The notes below the pieces were generated by a model, which was not told the origin of the DNA, ran no database searches, and saw only the letters and a list, made by a program, of their open reading frames with translations. The translations under genes were made by a program, and so were the position numbers. Positions 1 through 11,500 of a stretch of 64,000 nucleotides of DNA are shown here, piece by piece. The stretch spans positions 1 to 64,000 of the forward strand of contig CAJNYD010000225.1 in the NCBI GenBank assembly GCA_905331295.1. The letters are read 5' to 3'. How positions within the stretch are numbered: position 1 is the first letter of the stretch; every line of letters starts with the position of its first letter. The stretch comes from Rotaria socialis. Its lineage: Eukaryota.

Positions 1-614
1 CTAGAAAACAAATAAAAGCCTTGAAAATATATTAGAAATAAATAAAAAAGAAAATTCGGGAGAAATGGTTTGCTATTTTCAAACCCCCTTCACTTCAGAT
101 ATCGAATCAAGAGATACGGATACGGACCTCTTCAAAACCACGAATATCCTCAACTCGAGTTAAAATGTGAAGCAGTTCACGGCAGAAAAGTCATCGGAAA
201 AACTAGCTCTGGGAAGAGTGAAATCCTAAATATTTTCAAGAAATCGAATGAGACTCTTTGTTTCACAACCGAAAGTAAATTCTCATAGCTACGAAAGAAA
301 GTAAAAAAATTGATCTATTGGTCAATAGCTATAACAATGCTTTACGAGAAAGAGGAACTTAAGACACTTTCCTGTCTGTAGTCACTACATGTCTAAAAAC
401 AAGACGTATTTTGCGTCTAAATCAGACTTTGGACACATGAACCGTCTTGTAAGACGCTTGGCATTTTTTAGAGTGTGCCAAAATAAAATACATGCCATGA
501 TGATGAATATCTATTTAGGTAAAATAAACTTTCTTACAGAATTATAAATTATTTTTCTTTATTGAAATGAAGCTAAATATTGGTTTCTATAGTTTATAAC
601 TTTGGAGTCTTTGC

Positions 615-1408
615 CCCTAGGGCATGTACTGAACAAATGGTACCCAAAATAGTACCCTGCTACTAGTATTCTTAGGAACTTTATGGTACTGGAGTACTTA
701 AAAGTACTTTTAGATACCTTTTAGGTACTCAGGTAGGTACCCTGCTGGAAAACAACTAATAAATGAGTACTTGAAGGTACTGATCAAGTACTCAACTGGA
801 TACTATTGCACAGTATGCTTAGGTACCCTGTTACCAAAATTACAGTACGTTGATGGTCGAATCTAATCTTCGAATTTTTTCATTTTTTTTCTCTCAAAAC
901 AATTTATTAAATTTTTTTCGATATTATTTTATTTTTCCAATCCTGAAAACTCTAGCAGGCCAGATTTCGGGATCTGACCGGGCTTGAGTTGGTCGAATCT
1001 CCATCCGACCACTTCAGGGTAGTCCGATCTTAATTTACGATTAAGATCAGCATGTTCTCCACTAATAAATAGTCAAGAAATAATCTAGAAAAAAAGTATG
1101 AAAAAATTTTATTTTCTGATGGTTCACCGAGTTGTTTATAAGGAGCTGTTCACGCAAAAGAGAACGGTGAATGAACAGATGCCACATAGAACGCGATAAA
1201 TCTAGGGTACCCTGTAGAGCTTTCTTCAGTAAAATTACAGGTGCGGGTACTCATACAAGTACTGCTTCAGCGAAACATACTGCTATGGGTACCCAATGCA
1301 GTACCTACAACAGTCTGGTTACTGAGCATTTTCTAAGTACCCTTAATAGGTACCCTGGTGTGGCTTTCTTAGTATGTGGGTACCCTTAACCCAGTACATT
1401 CCCTAGGG
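615..1408. mobile_element. Non-autonomous TIR DNA transposon (MITE), possibly CMC/EnSpm-like
   Basis: GCCCCTAGGGCATGTACTG (613-631) and CAGTACATTCCCTAGGGGC (1392-1410) are reverse complements with 1 mismatch. They can be read as CCC...GGG termini with a 2-bp GC duplication. Both subterminal regions are dense in GTAC-containing short repeats, and there is no transposase ORF. Confidence 0.8.
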
Positions 1409-1568
1409 GCGTCATCTAGTTTTTTTCTAAATAATATTTTTGTCTCGATGTTCATCAGCGACATCTGACATATTTACTGTAGTCATAGTGACAAAATAAT
1501 TGATGAGTGAGTGGATCACGACCATAGAGCGATATTCGTCATTAATCTTGTTTTTTTGTTGTTTAACA

Positions 1569-2172
1569 ATGGGTGACGTCGTCGGAAGTTGGCAAGTTGC
1601 ACTTTCAGATGGTGTGCATAAAGTAGAATTCGAACAGTAAATAAATTGTTTCTGTTCAATTAGAATCTTTTCATTTAAAAATCTTTGTTTTTAGCGGTAC
1701 AACATCAGGTAAACGTATAATTCGCGTCGACAATAAAGAAGTTCTTCGTCATGATTGGCTTTTTAAACTTGTTGGTAAAGAAACTTTTAAAATTGGTAAA
1801 CATCAGTGTACTATCAATATTGATGCTGTTAGCGGGTTTGCTTATGAATATTCACTTGATGTTGATGGAAAACCATTAGAAAAATTTAGTGAAAACCGCT
1901 CGAAAATCAGTCGAACGTGGACATTAAAACTTGCTGGAATAGACTATCGTGTTGTCTTAGAAAAAGATACACTTGATCTATGGATTAATGGCCAACGTGT
2001 TGAAACTGAAGCTGAATTTACGGATGAAGGCACTCAAACAATTTTTGATATTGCGGGTCATCCAGCTATTTTAAAAGCTGTTTCTTCTGGTAGGCGTAAC
2101 AGTGGGCTTTATCATGCTTTATTGGTTGATGGATGTGAAATACCACCGGCAAGCGAAAAAGAAAACCCATAA
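1569..2172 (+). CDS. FAIM: Fas apoptotic inhibitory molecule (FAIM), 2 exons (1569-1636, 1695-2172)
   Basis: Spliced translation MGDVVGSWQVALSDGVHKVEFEHGTTSGKRIIRVDNKEVLRHDWLFKLVGKETF...AYEYSLDVDGKPLEKF...YRVVLEKDTLDLWINGQ matches FAIM signature motifs. The 58-nt GT-AG intron restores the frame. Missed by the ORF track. Confidence 0.95.
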
Positions 2173-3804
2173 ATTTTCACTATTTTATGAAATATCTTTA
2201 CATATATTCCTATATATATATATATACATATATACATTCAGTAATGCATAAATGTTGCCAGTGTATTTTATTTTTCAGATTTGACATAATAATAAAACTA
2301 CAGAATAAAAATTATGTAAAATATTTTATTTATATATGAAGATTGATATTGATTTTTTATGTATTTGATAATTAAAACAGAAAATTTCTTACATTGTTAG
2401 TCGGTTATGTTAACTAACTCTTTACTTTTTTAAATAAAACTAACTAGAATCACTTCAACAACTCTAACTACTACTCTTTTACACTTCATACGTATGTTAA
2501 ACCAATTAATCCGCCTCACAACCAATAGTGTTAACAGAAAGAAGATAGGTAGTAATGGTATTTTTTTTTCGGAACCTTATAGGTACTTCTTTGAGTATCA
2601 ATATTTATGAGCAATATCTTATGTTATAGTAATGATGATGCTTATGCTTGTCTCTAGGTTAGACTAAAATGTATAAGCTGGTTTATTTATTTGAAATTTG
2701 TCTCATAACAAAGAGTTTTCTAGAAAATAAGAAACGCGATAAACAGAGACGGATCAATTTTCAGTGTGATTTCATGGGAGCATAGAAAATTAGTTGTTTT
2801 GTAGGAGTTTCAATACTCAAAAATGTAACTATTTGAAAATATGGTATAGGGATCAGTGTTCCATGTATTGACCTTCAAGATACTGCGATGAATGACATTG
2901 AACTAATGCCGAAAAGAGCTTATCACATGATACAATTTTCAAATAAATCATCTCTAACAGCGTTCAATCTTTTTCCTAACTTTTTTATTTTAAGCAAAAT
3001 AAAATGTTGTACACATTGTAACATCTACTTGATTAATCAATAAGTATAACCGGGGATCATTTTGTTAATTGTCTTTTTCAACCAAACATTGCATTCGATG
3101 AGTTGCAGTAAAATGTTACACAAAAAACAAACTTATTACAAGTAGTTCTCGAAACTTCTTTTTTTCTAGAAAGTCGAATTATTCATCAATGAATACATTT
3201 ATTATTAGGAATCGAATTCTATTCTTCATGACTCATGTCAAGTAGTACTGATCAAGATTATAAGAAGTAATTAATTGATTAACCTTATATCAATTCTATA
3301 ACCATCGATATTAACGATTGAAATGTAATCATATAAATTAATAAAGACTTTGTCAAGTTATATAAATCAGTAGTATTTGCATGATAATGTTAAATAAATG
3401 ATTATTTATGAAATAAAGAGATTTTCACCATCATTATTTATTAGTTAACCTATTCAACACTATATTCTAAAACAAATAGATAGAATTATGTAAGTTCTTA
3501 TAATAGGCGTTTTTTTACGATATATAAATTGAAATGATTTCTGATATTAAATAAAAGTACTACATGAATAATCATTGGTATCGATATTGTTATTCGTCTT
3601 GTATGAAGAGGTATCACGCCATACATTGATGACGTTCGTGTTTAGCAATATATGCATAAAACAGAACAGAACAAAATTATAGGGTCCTTAGTACAGTCAA
3701 TCACATGATTTTTTTTCTTTCTATCAAATAAAGGTTATATTATGCTTGGAAACTAAAGCATAAAGTCAAAATAAATTTTGTTTACTTCTATATAAACAAA
3801 ATAG

Positions 3805-5303
3805 ATGATGACTGATAAACATCGGTTACTACCTGAATTCAAAGAACAAGTAACAGGTCGCTTATATATGTACTATCTTTGGTCGATTCCCTTTTTTTAA
3901 ATATATATTTAGAAGTCATTAAAACTTTTATCCACCAAGAACGACCTTTTCAAAAAACTCGTAAAGAAAAAATTGCAGATCTAAATCGGCTTGAACCTGG
4001 TGATCATATTAGTTTTTATAAAACAGATTTATATTATGCACATCATGGTATTGTTTGTGAAGCACGTACAAACTATCTTCGTGTTATACATTATTTTAAT
4101 ACACTGGAACATGCACGTACTGCATTAATGAGAGGTTCAATATATATAGCTGCAATCATTGAAAGTGAATGGCCTGTTAACATAGAAAGTACAAGTGAAG
4201 ATATTTATTTACATCATTATGATCATATTCCATGTTTTTCAAATGAAGAGACACTGCAACGAGCTTTCTCACAACTTGGCAGACGTGGTTATTCATTATT
4301 AGGAAATAATTGTGAACATTGGGCTCGATGGTGTCGAACAGGTGAACATTATTCTGAACAAATATATAAACTTCGCGGATTAGTTAAAGAAAAATCTGCA
4401 ACTTTATTGATTGTTGATCCTACAGCATTATTAGTAAAAGATGTTGCTTTAGTTGGTGTACGGACATTTGGCCAGTTTTTAAGTGCTGTTGGATCAGGAG
4501 TTATATTAACGGCTGTGGAAAGTATATCAACATTTATTGATATAAAAAAGAAAAAAAAAGAACGAGAAAAAGGAAGTTTAAGTGATGTTGCTTTGAAAAA
4601 ATATGTTATAAGACGAGTTACATCAGCATCAACAGCTGTAAGTTTGAATTTTAGGGAAAAGGGAGAAAAAAGAAGCTTCGTTTATATTATAATTTAATAG
4701 GTTGTTGGTGGAACTGCAGGTACAGTTGTCGGCACAATACTTATTCCGGTACCAATACTTGGCGCTACAGTTGGCGGTTTTGTTGGTAGCATTAGTGGAA
4801 AACTTATTGGAGGAGTATCTGGCATTGCTCTATCGAAAATTCTCGAAGTTTATGAAAAAGTCAAAGCATCAAATATTAAAAAGATGTCTACAGTTCCTCA
4901 ATTAATGGCTAATATATCACCATCCAGTGAACTTGTGCATTCTTTAATGATGATTGCAGATGACCGAGAGGAAGAAGAACAAGTTTCAAATATTATTGAG
5001 CACGCTTTAAATTCACATTCTTCATTAATTTATCCATCATTAGAAGAATTTACAAATAATACTCAAAATACAACAGCAGAAGAATATCACGCAGTAACGA
5101 AATTAACAGCTGAATTATTTACTGATTCACATTCATACGATTATTTTATTTTAACACCAGTGCCAGATAGCAATGCAGCAGAAGAGTTTGCTGCATCAAC
5201 AGATTTATTATTACTTCGATGGCCTATAGGAATAGTGAAACCATGGGAATCCCACGGAGAACAAGTTATGGATATTGATGATTCAAATTTAAATCAAGAG
5301 TGA
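3805..5303 (+). CDS. LRAT/PLAAT(HRASLS)-family permuted NlpC/P60 acyltransferase/phospholipase with C-terminal glycine-zipper hydrophobic segment; exons 3805-3856, 3913-4637, 4701-5303
   Basis: PGDHI, YAHHGIV (H-box), RVIHY (second His) and GYSLLGNNCEHWARWCRTG (NC motif). Exon 3 begins VVGGTAGTVVGTILIPVPILGATVGGFVGSISGKLIGG and is in frame with ORF 4884-5303. Confidence 0.85.
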
Positions 5304-5565
5304 TTGCAGTATTTTTGTTAATCTACTAAGTCTTGTCAGATTTATTCATTTATTTTATCAAATAAACGATACATATTAAATTATTAACGTAGAATAATTG
5401 ACTCTGAGACGTGGCCATATTCTAAAATTCTAGAAGATCAGAATAGGCAGAATTTTATAGTAGATAGTGTCAAACTATATATAAAATTACAAAATGAACG
5501 AAATTTGGTGGGAATTAAGAGAATGTGAGTGATGTAGATTTGAGGTTACTAGAGTTATTATAAGG

Positions 5566-5963
5566 TAGAGTCCTGCGGGAACGACTTTTTCCCAAAATTC
5601 CCGTTCCGCTTTCCACGCCGACTTCGGGAACGGGAACAACATTACAAATTGACATTCCCGAAGTTCGATATAGACTGGATTCATCGAAAAAATAATGTAT
5701 TTTGAAAATGAGAACTTTCAGTTTTATGGTTAATCCAATGAGCCTCCAACCCAAAACTTGTTCTAAATTTATCGAAGGACACATTGGGAAACCTGTGATG
5801 ACACGGTAAACTAGTGTGCGACATAAAAGTTATTTATTTGAGTTTCACAAGGCGAACTGGTAATAGAAATTATAAAAGCACTACGGGAACGGGAATTCGT
5901 GGACGGGAACAACGGAAATTTTTCGGGAATGGGAACAATAAAAGTCGTTTCCGCAGGACTCTA
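5566..5963. mobile_element. hAT-family MITE (398 bp)
   Basis: TIRs TAGAGTCCTGCGGGAACGACTTTT / AAAAGTCGTTTCCGCAGGACTCTA (1 mismatch in 24). Perfect 8-bp TSD TTATAAGG at 5558-5565 and 5964-5971. Subterminal CGGGAA repeats. Confidence 0.92.
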
Positions 5964-6438
5964 TTATAAGGAGCGCAACTAGAAAGCAAAATAGTTTGAT
6001 TATTAACCGGATTAATTTCTTGTGAGTACTCGATATGTCATTGAACATCGCTTATAGGTAAAATCAAACGGTTATGGATTGCTGATTTCGAGAATGGTTC
6101 ATGTTTGTAGATATGGGTGTGAAGGTGTAGGTGATGTGAGTATCGGTACGTGTGAAGAATGAAGACAAACACTCAAACTCACAACCACACCCACACCCAC
6201 ACTTGATACGTTGTTAATGAGAAGAAAGTTTTCACTTTAAAAAATAGTTTTCTTCTCTTCCGTTGTATTCATCTAGCAAAGCTTTTCATAGAGGGAAATA
6301 TTTTAATTCATGTTTATTTTACAGGAAATGAATTTTGACAGAGCTCAGATATAAATTATGCCAATCTTTTCAAATGTCCTTTCTTTTTACCAGAAAATAC
6401 ATCATATATTTCACCAATTGAAACACTACTATAACATA

Positions 6439-6729
6439 ATGCTGTTAAGAAATATTATTATATTAGTCTTCGTCATGTTGTTTTCGATCAACATCAGTAA
6501 TATCGCTGCCTATTGGTACGACGATGATCAAATTTACATGAATAATGTTTCTCAAAACAACGTACGTAAAGATTCAAATTTCATTCAACAACTTCAAGCA
6601 TTACTCACAGCAATGGAAGTCGCCGATGGCAAAAGTGATAAAGATGATACTTCATCAGTTGATCGTGTATTTAACACTCGATCAACAGTGCATCGTCGTC
6701 CAGGGCTCCTTCGATTGAAAAAGAAGTGA
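6439..6729 (+). CDS. Secreted peptide / neuropeptide-like precursor (96 aa, single exon)
   Basis: Hydrophobic signal peptide MLLRNIIILVFVMLFSINISNIAA, acidic spacer, basic sites RK and RR, C-terminus RR-PGLLRL-KKK. TATA-like TATAAA near 6350 and AATAAA near 6789. Confidence 0.65.
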   Translation: MLLRNIIILVFVMLFSINISNIAAYWYDDDQIYMNNVSQNNVRKDSNFIQQLQALLTAMEVADGKSDKDDTSSVDRVFNTRSTVHRRPGLLRLKKK

Positions 6730-8520
6730 TTAACAAAACAAAAAATATGTCGTCATTCTTTGATTCCTTTTATCATCATATAAACAAAAATAAATTAAAC
6801 GTAATTTTGATCAAGCATTAATATCAAACTCTTTTTTTTCTTTTTTTTCATCATCAAAAATTTTTGGTTAATTTCTACTTTCATTTTTTGAGAATTTTTG
6901 CCAGAAAAAAATCAAAACAAGTAATTTTCCAATCTTGAATACCTATCGTTCATATCCTATCGATAGTATGATGATTTCTTTCTAAATTTTGCGTCATATA
7001 CTTGTGTATATCTTACAAACATTGTCGAGTAGATAGTGAATATTATTCGTAATCTATGTATTTGTTTTCGTTGAAAAAAGAGGCAGCCATATAAAAAATC
7101 ATGATTTAGTCGAAAATTGTCGAGAAAGTCAGTAAATGAATACAGAATATCTATTGACGTTATTCTGATTAATAACTCTACTATACAGATATAAAGGCTT
7201 TACAATACAGAACTTCATATTTTTGAAATCATATTTATGAATATTAGATGCACAAACACATTTTGAAAAATCTCTAAATTCGTTGTTGAACTAACATAAG
7301 GCAGAATAGTTCGATGGAAACTTGATTAGTAATCTACTATAGATTTCTCCCATATTGATAGATTTCATGATAGATCGTTAATCAACGATGAAATTTTCAA
7401 ATAATTGATCAGTACAGAGCATGAATTCATCTCAGATGCAAGCTTTATCATCTTATCATGTAGATATTTCCCCTACAACATTTTTGGATTCAGGACACAA
7501 TATTTATCGAATTTAACATTAAATTTTGTAAAATTTTCATCATGATTATACATTGTATAGAAGTTAGAAATAGATTAGATCGGGGTATCACTTGATTCTA
7601 TCTTTTGTTTTAATTGTTTTCCGGTTAAATGCATCTTTGGTTTATTATAATTCGATCTCTACCAACTCAATCAGAAAACGGTAAAGAATATAATCTACTG
7701 TTTCTGCTCAATAGCTAATAACAAAAGAGTAGAACCTGAATCATAATTTCATCGAAAATTCATTCTTGTAATAATTCATCATAGCACAGTGAAACTATAG
7801 AACGCGGGATTCTCTATCAATATGGATTATCGACATAACCAAAGTTTAGGTTTCATCTATAAGTTTGAAAATACTATTCTTAAGAACATGCTCCACACAT
7901 TTCTAGATTTTAGGATGTTGGCTATCATTCTGTAAACAAAATGCAACTTGATTTCATAGTAACCTTGTTTTTGTTTTGCTTTATTCAAGTTTATTCTTAC
8001 ATGTAACTAGAGTTCAGCTAGAAAAAAATCTAAATATAGACAGTACAAATATATATATATATATATTATAGTATTGAATAACTTTTGATTCTTTGCAATG
8101 ATTTATATGTGACCACATATTTAACAAAAGAATTATCTCAATCGTTTTTACTAAATGTATTGATAAGATTTTGTCTATATCACACGCCGATGTATTCATT
8201 GGAAAATGGTATCGCACCAATTAGTAAAAGCGCATGAAACAATATAGAAACAAGAAAAGAAATACCAAATAATAATTTGTCTCTATTAGTCATAGTCATT
8301 TTGTCATAAAGGTTTTTTTTTCATTTATTAATTCGAAAACAAACTATACAATTCTAACACAAAGAAAATACAGCAATCATTTAATCAGAGCATGAAAAAC
8401 AGGAGAAAAATAAACATAACAATAGTTTCTCATCTTTTTTTTTCTACAAAGAAAACTAGTTAAAGAAAAAATATCTATGTAGAAAAAATAGTATTCTATG
8501 ATTATTTTAAAATAAAATAA

Positions 8521-11500
8521 TTATTTTGATATGTTATGTGAAGACGACCGAGGTTTTTCACCAAAAATAGCTGGAAACGTTTTTCCTTCAGGAAATTGAC
8601 TTTGATGTTCTTCAAGTAATTGATTTTTTATCAAACAACATTCACGAAACTAAAAATAAAAATAAAAATAAATATGAAATAAAACTATATCAATCACCTT
8701 TCTTAAAATTCATTTACCTTAATTGCTTTTTGTATCATTTGTTTTGTATCAAGTGGTACATTGAGTTGTTCAATACAATCATCATAATTAAATATTGATG
8801 TCATTCGACCTGATGAATCAACTAGCTTTATTTGTAATGGAGAATCAAGATGTTCCAGATTTTTTCGATAAATAGAGATTTTTGTTCCATGCGTATGAGT
8901 AAACTTAAAATAAAAATATTCATTATGGTTTTCATTACTCGAATTTTCTACTTATAATAATAAATACTTTTCTACAGTTCTCATGTGATACTACATTCAT
9001 ATAGAAAGTATTCATGTTAAAGTTAGATAGATACAGAGTTTATTTAATTTATGAAAAGAATTTTATGCTATGAATGTACGAAAAGCATATGACTTTGTTA
9101 AAATTTCAGATTCAGTTGTATAAATTTGATTGCTAATAGATTTTCCAATCATCACAAAGAAAAGGATTAGATGATGAATTTCTATTTTCGGGATATTCGA
9201 ATGAACGATAAAGAGAACATTTCTATACAAATTTGATTTAATCCGTGAAGGAAATGTGTAAGAAATTGCTTTTTATAAAAATACAAAGGTAGAAATGAAA
9301 TAAATATTTTATTGGATCGGCTCAGGAAATTCATTTTACTACTATTAACTACTCGCATATGCTTGATTAATTAACTTGAATATTGGTATCGATGAATAGA
9401 ACTATAGCATAGTTGCTTTAATTTCCGTTTTTGTTTGAAAATATATTTTATGCAAAATACCTTAGTCCATTCATTTATGTATCCAATCCTTTGAACTGAA
9501 TTTACTGGATAATTTGAAATAAATCTCACCAACAAATGACAAAGAATGATTTGGCGTTGCATAAACACTAACAAATATTCAGGCAAAACTTAAAAATACT
9601 CAATTAAAAGTTCAAGAAGTAAAGAATCTAAGAAATTACTGATCTATAACTTTATTCAATCAATACAAAGAGGACGCATGAGAATATGTTTTTCATAGAT
9701 AATATGTAGGATGAAATTATTTGGAAAAAAAGCATAATCTGCCATTTAAATGGGCTTTGATAATAATTAATGGCATTCCATATTGAATCATTTGAACACA
9801 AAAAATTTCAGAGAATGACTGTTCACATGAAGTGCAAATCTGTCCATTACAAAAATAGGGAACCACAAAACATTTTTATAGAAAAAAAAAATTCTTTTTA
9901 CAATAGTTCTACTCAGTTTCTTTTCATTTAATTTGATCACTATGTTTTTATTTCTTATAAAAAATAAAACTAACTTACATCGAATTCGATAGATGTTTCC
10001 ATTAAACGACATTTACCATCATTTGTATACATAATTATCTTACATCGAAGAGAGCGTATTATATTCACAAATCTATTTTAACCAGGCATAGATTTTTATT
10101 TTCATTTCAAATATTAATTAATAAAGATAAGCCTACTTCCATGCTCGACGATATTTATTATGAAGTTGTTCTGGTAATGTATCAAATGTATATTGTTCAT
10201 AGTTCACCGGTAATGGAAGTGGACCTTCACTTTCAATATATGAATTATACTGTTTTCTATCTGGACGGTAGTAAATAATCTTTTCAAATAAAAGAAAACA
10301 AAGATATTAAAATAATGAAGAAAAATAGTAATGGCAATTGAACCTTCTGTCCATCGGATGAGACTCGAAACACATCGACTATTCGTTTTGAACCAGTTTT
10401 AACTTCAACAAGATGTTGAATAACAACTTCACCATCATCCAATACATCCATCTAAATATTTATTCTATTAATTAATTAATTAATTCATCAGTATAAAACT
10501 TAACTTACAATATCACTTTTTGTTATCACATGTCGTCGATCGAGACGTTGTGTATTTAATGGCGTTAACTTTTCACACATAGTTTTGTGTTGACTAAGAT
10601 TATTTGTATTACTCAAATTATTACAGCTCAATACTGATGCTGACGAAGCATTTCTAATCGATATAAATAATAAGCAAACAAATGTCTTGTTAGAAATGAA
10701 ACAATAAGCTTACACTTTTTGATTTTGTTTCATTGTTAATGGTAGTAATGAATTTAATTTTGTTGTTCCTCTCGATACTCTAAATTGGATTGAAAAGTTT
10801 TTTGAAATAATTAAAGTAAATTTTATTTTTTTGATTTTACGTTGATTCATTTGTATATTGTCGACTTGATATTGATGTATCAAAATAGCCACTATCACTT
10901 CTTAAAGACTATCAAATAAAATTTATTGTAGAATAAAACAAACAAGAAAAATCTTTTTACATACATTACAACTATTTCTCGATGAATTTATTCGATCATT
11001 CATTAATCGTTTTAATAGGAAAGGATGATGGCGAATTTGTATCAATGTCAAACGTTTTTTAGCATCTTTTTGTAAAATTCTACTGATTAAATCTTTTGCT
11101 TCATTACTTAAACCATTAGGTAAAATATATCGAACATTGGCGACTCGTTTCAATGTTGAAAGAACATCTACAAATAAACGAGCTGAAATTTACTTTTAAT
11201 TTTTCAATAATGAAACAAAATAAACCCTGATCATCGAATGGTGGTTTTCCAACTAGACATTGATAGATTAATGCACCCAATGACCATATATCAGCTTCGA
11301 AACTGTGTGTTTTACGTGTTGCTATTTCAGGCGCAAGAAAATTTGGTGTACCAACCATTGTAAAATTTCTTTGTTCATGCGTTACTAATTGTTTTGCTAA
11401 ACCAAAATCAGCTATTTTCTTTAAAAAAAAAACAAACAAACAAACAAATATATAAATACTTTATCACCATGCAAATTACTGCGATATTCAATCATGAATT

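Noticed and set aside
70..477. ORF 70-288 and a TTTTTAGAGTG end resembling a CACT-type transposon terminus near 465-475
   Set aside because: The ORF has no recognisable motif, and the partner TIR/TSD would lie outside the window, so the element cannot be confirmed.
1171..1389. 72-aa ORF
   Set aside because: Lies in the repeat-rich subterminal region of the MITE; no protein features.
5487..5784. Two minus-strand ORFs
   Set aside because: Chance frames across the hAT MITE CGGGAA repeats.
6105..6205. GT-rich then CA-rich quasi-palindrome, with a similar tract near 49240-49440
   Set aside because: Too degenerate to define TIRs or a TSD; probably old repeat debris. Not clearly telomeric or an RNA hairpin.
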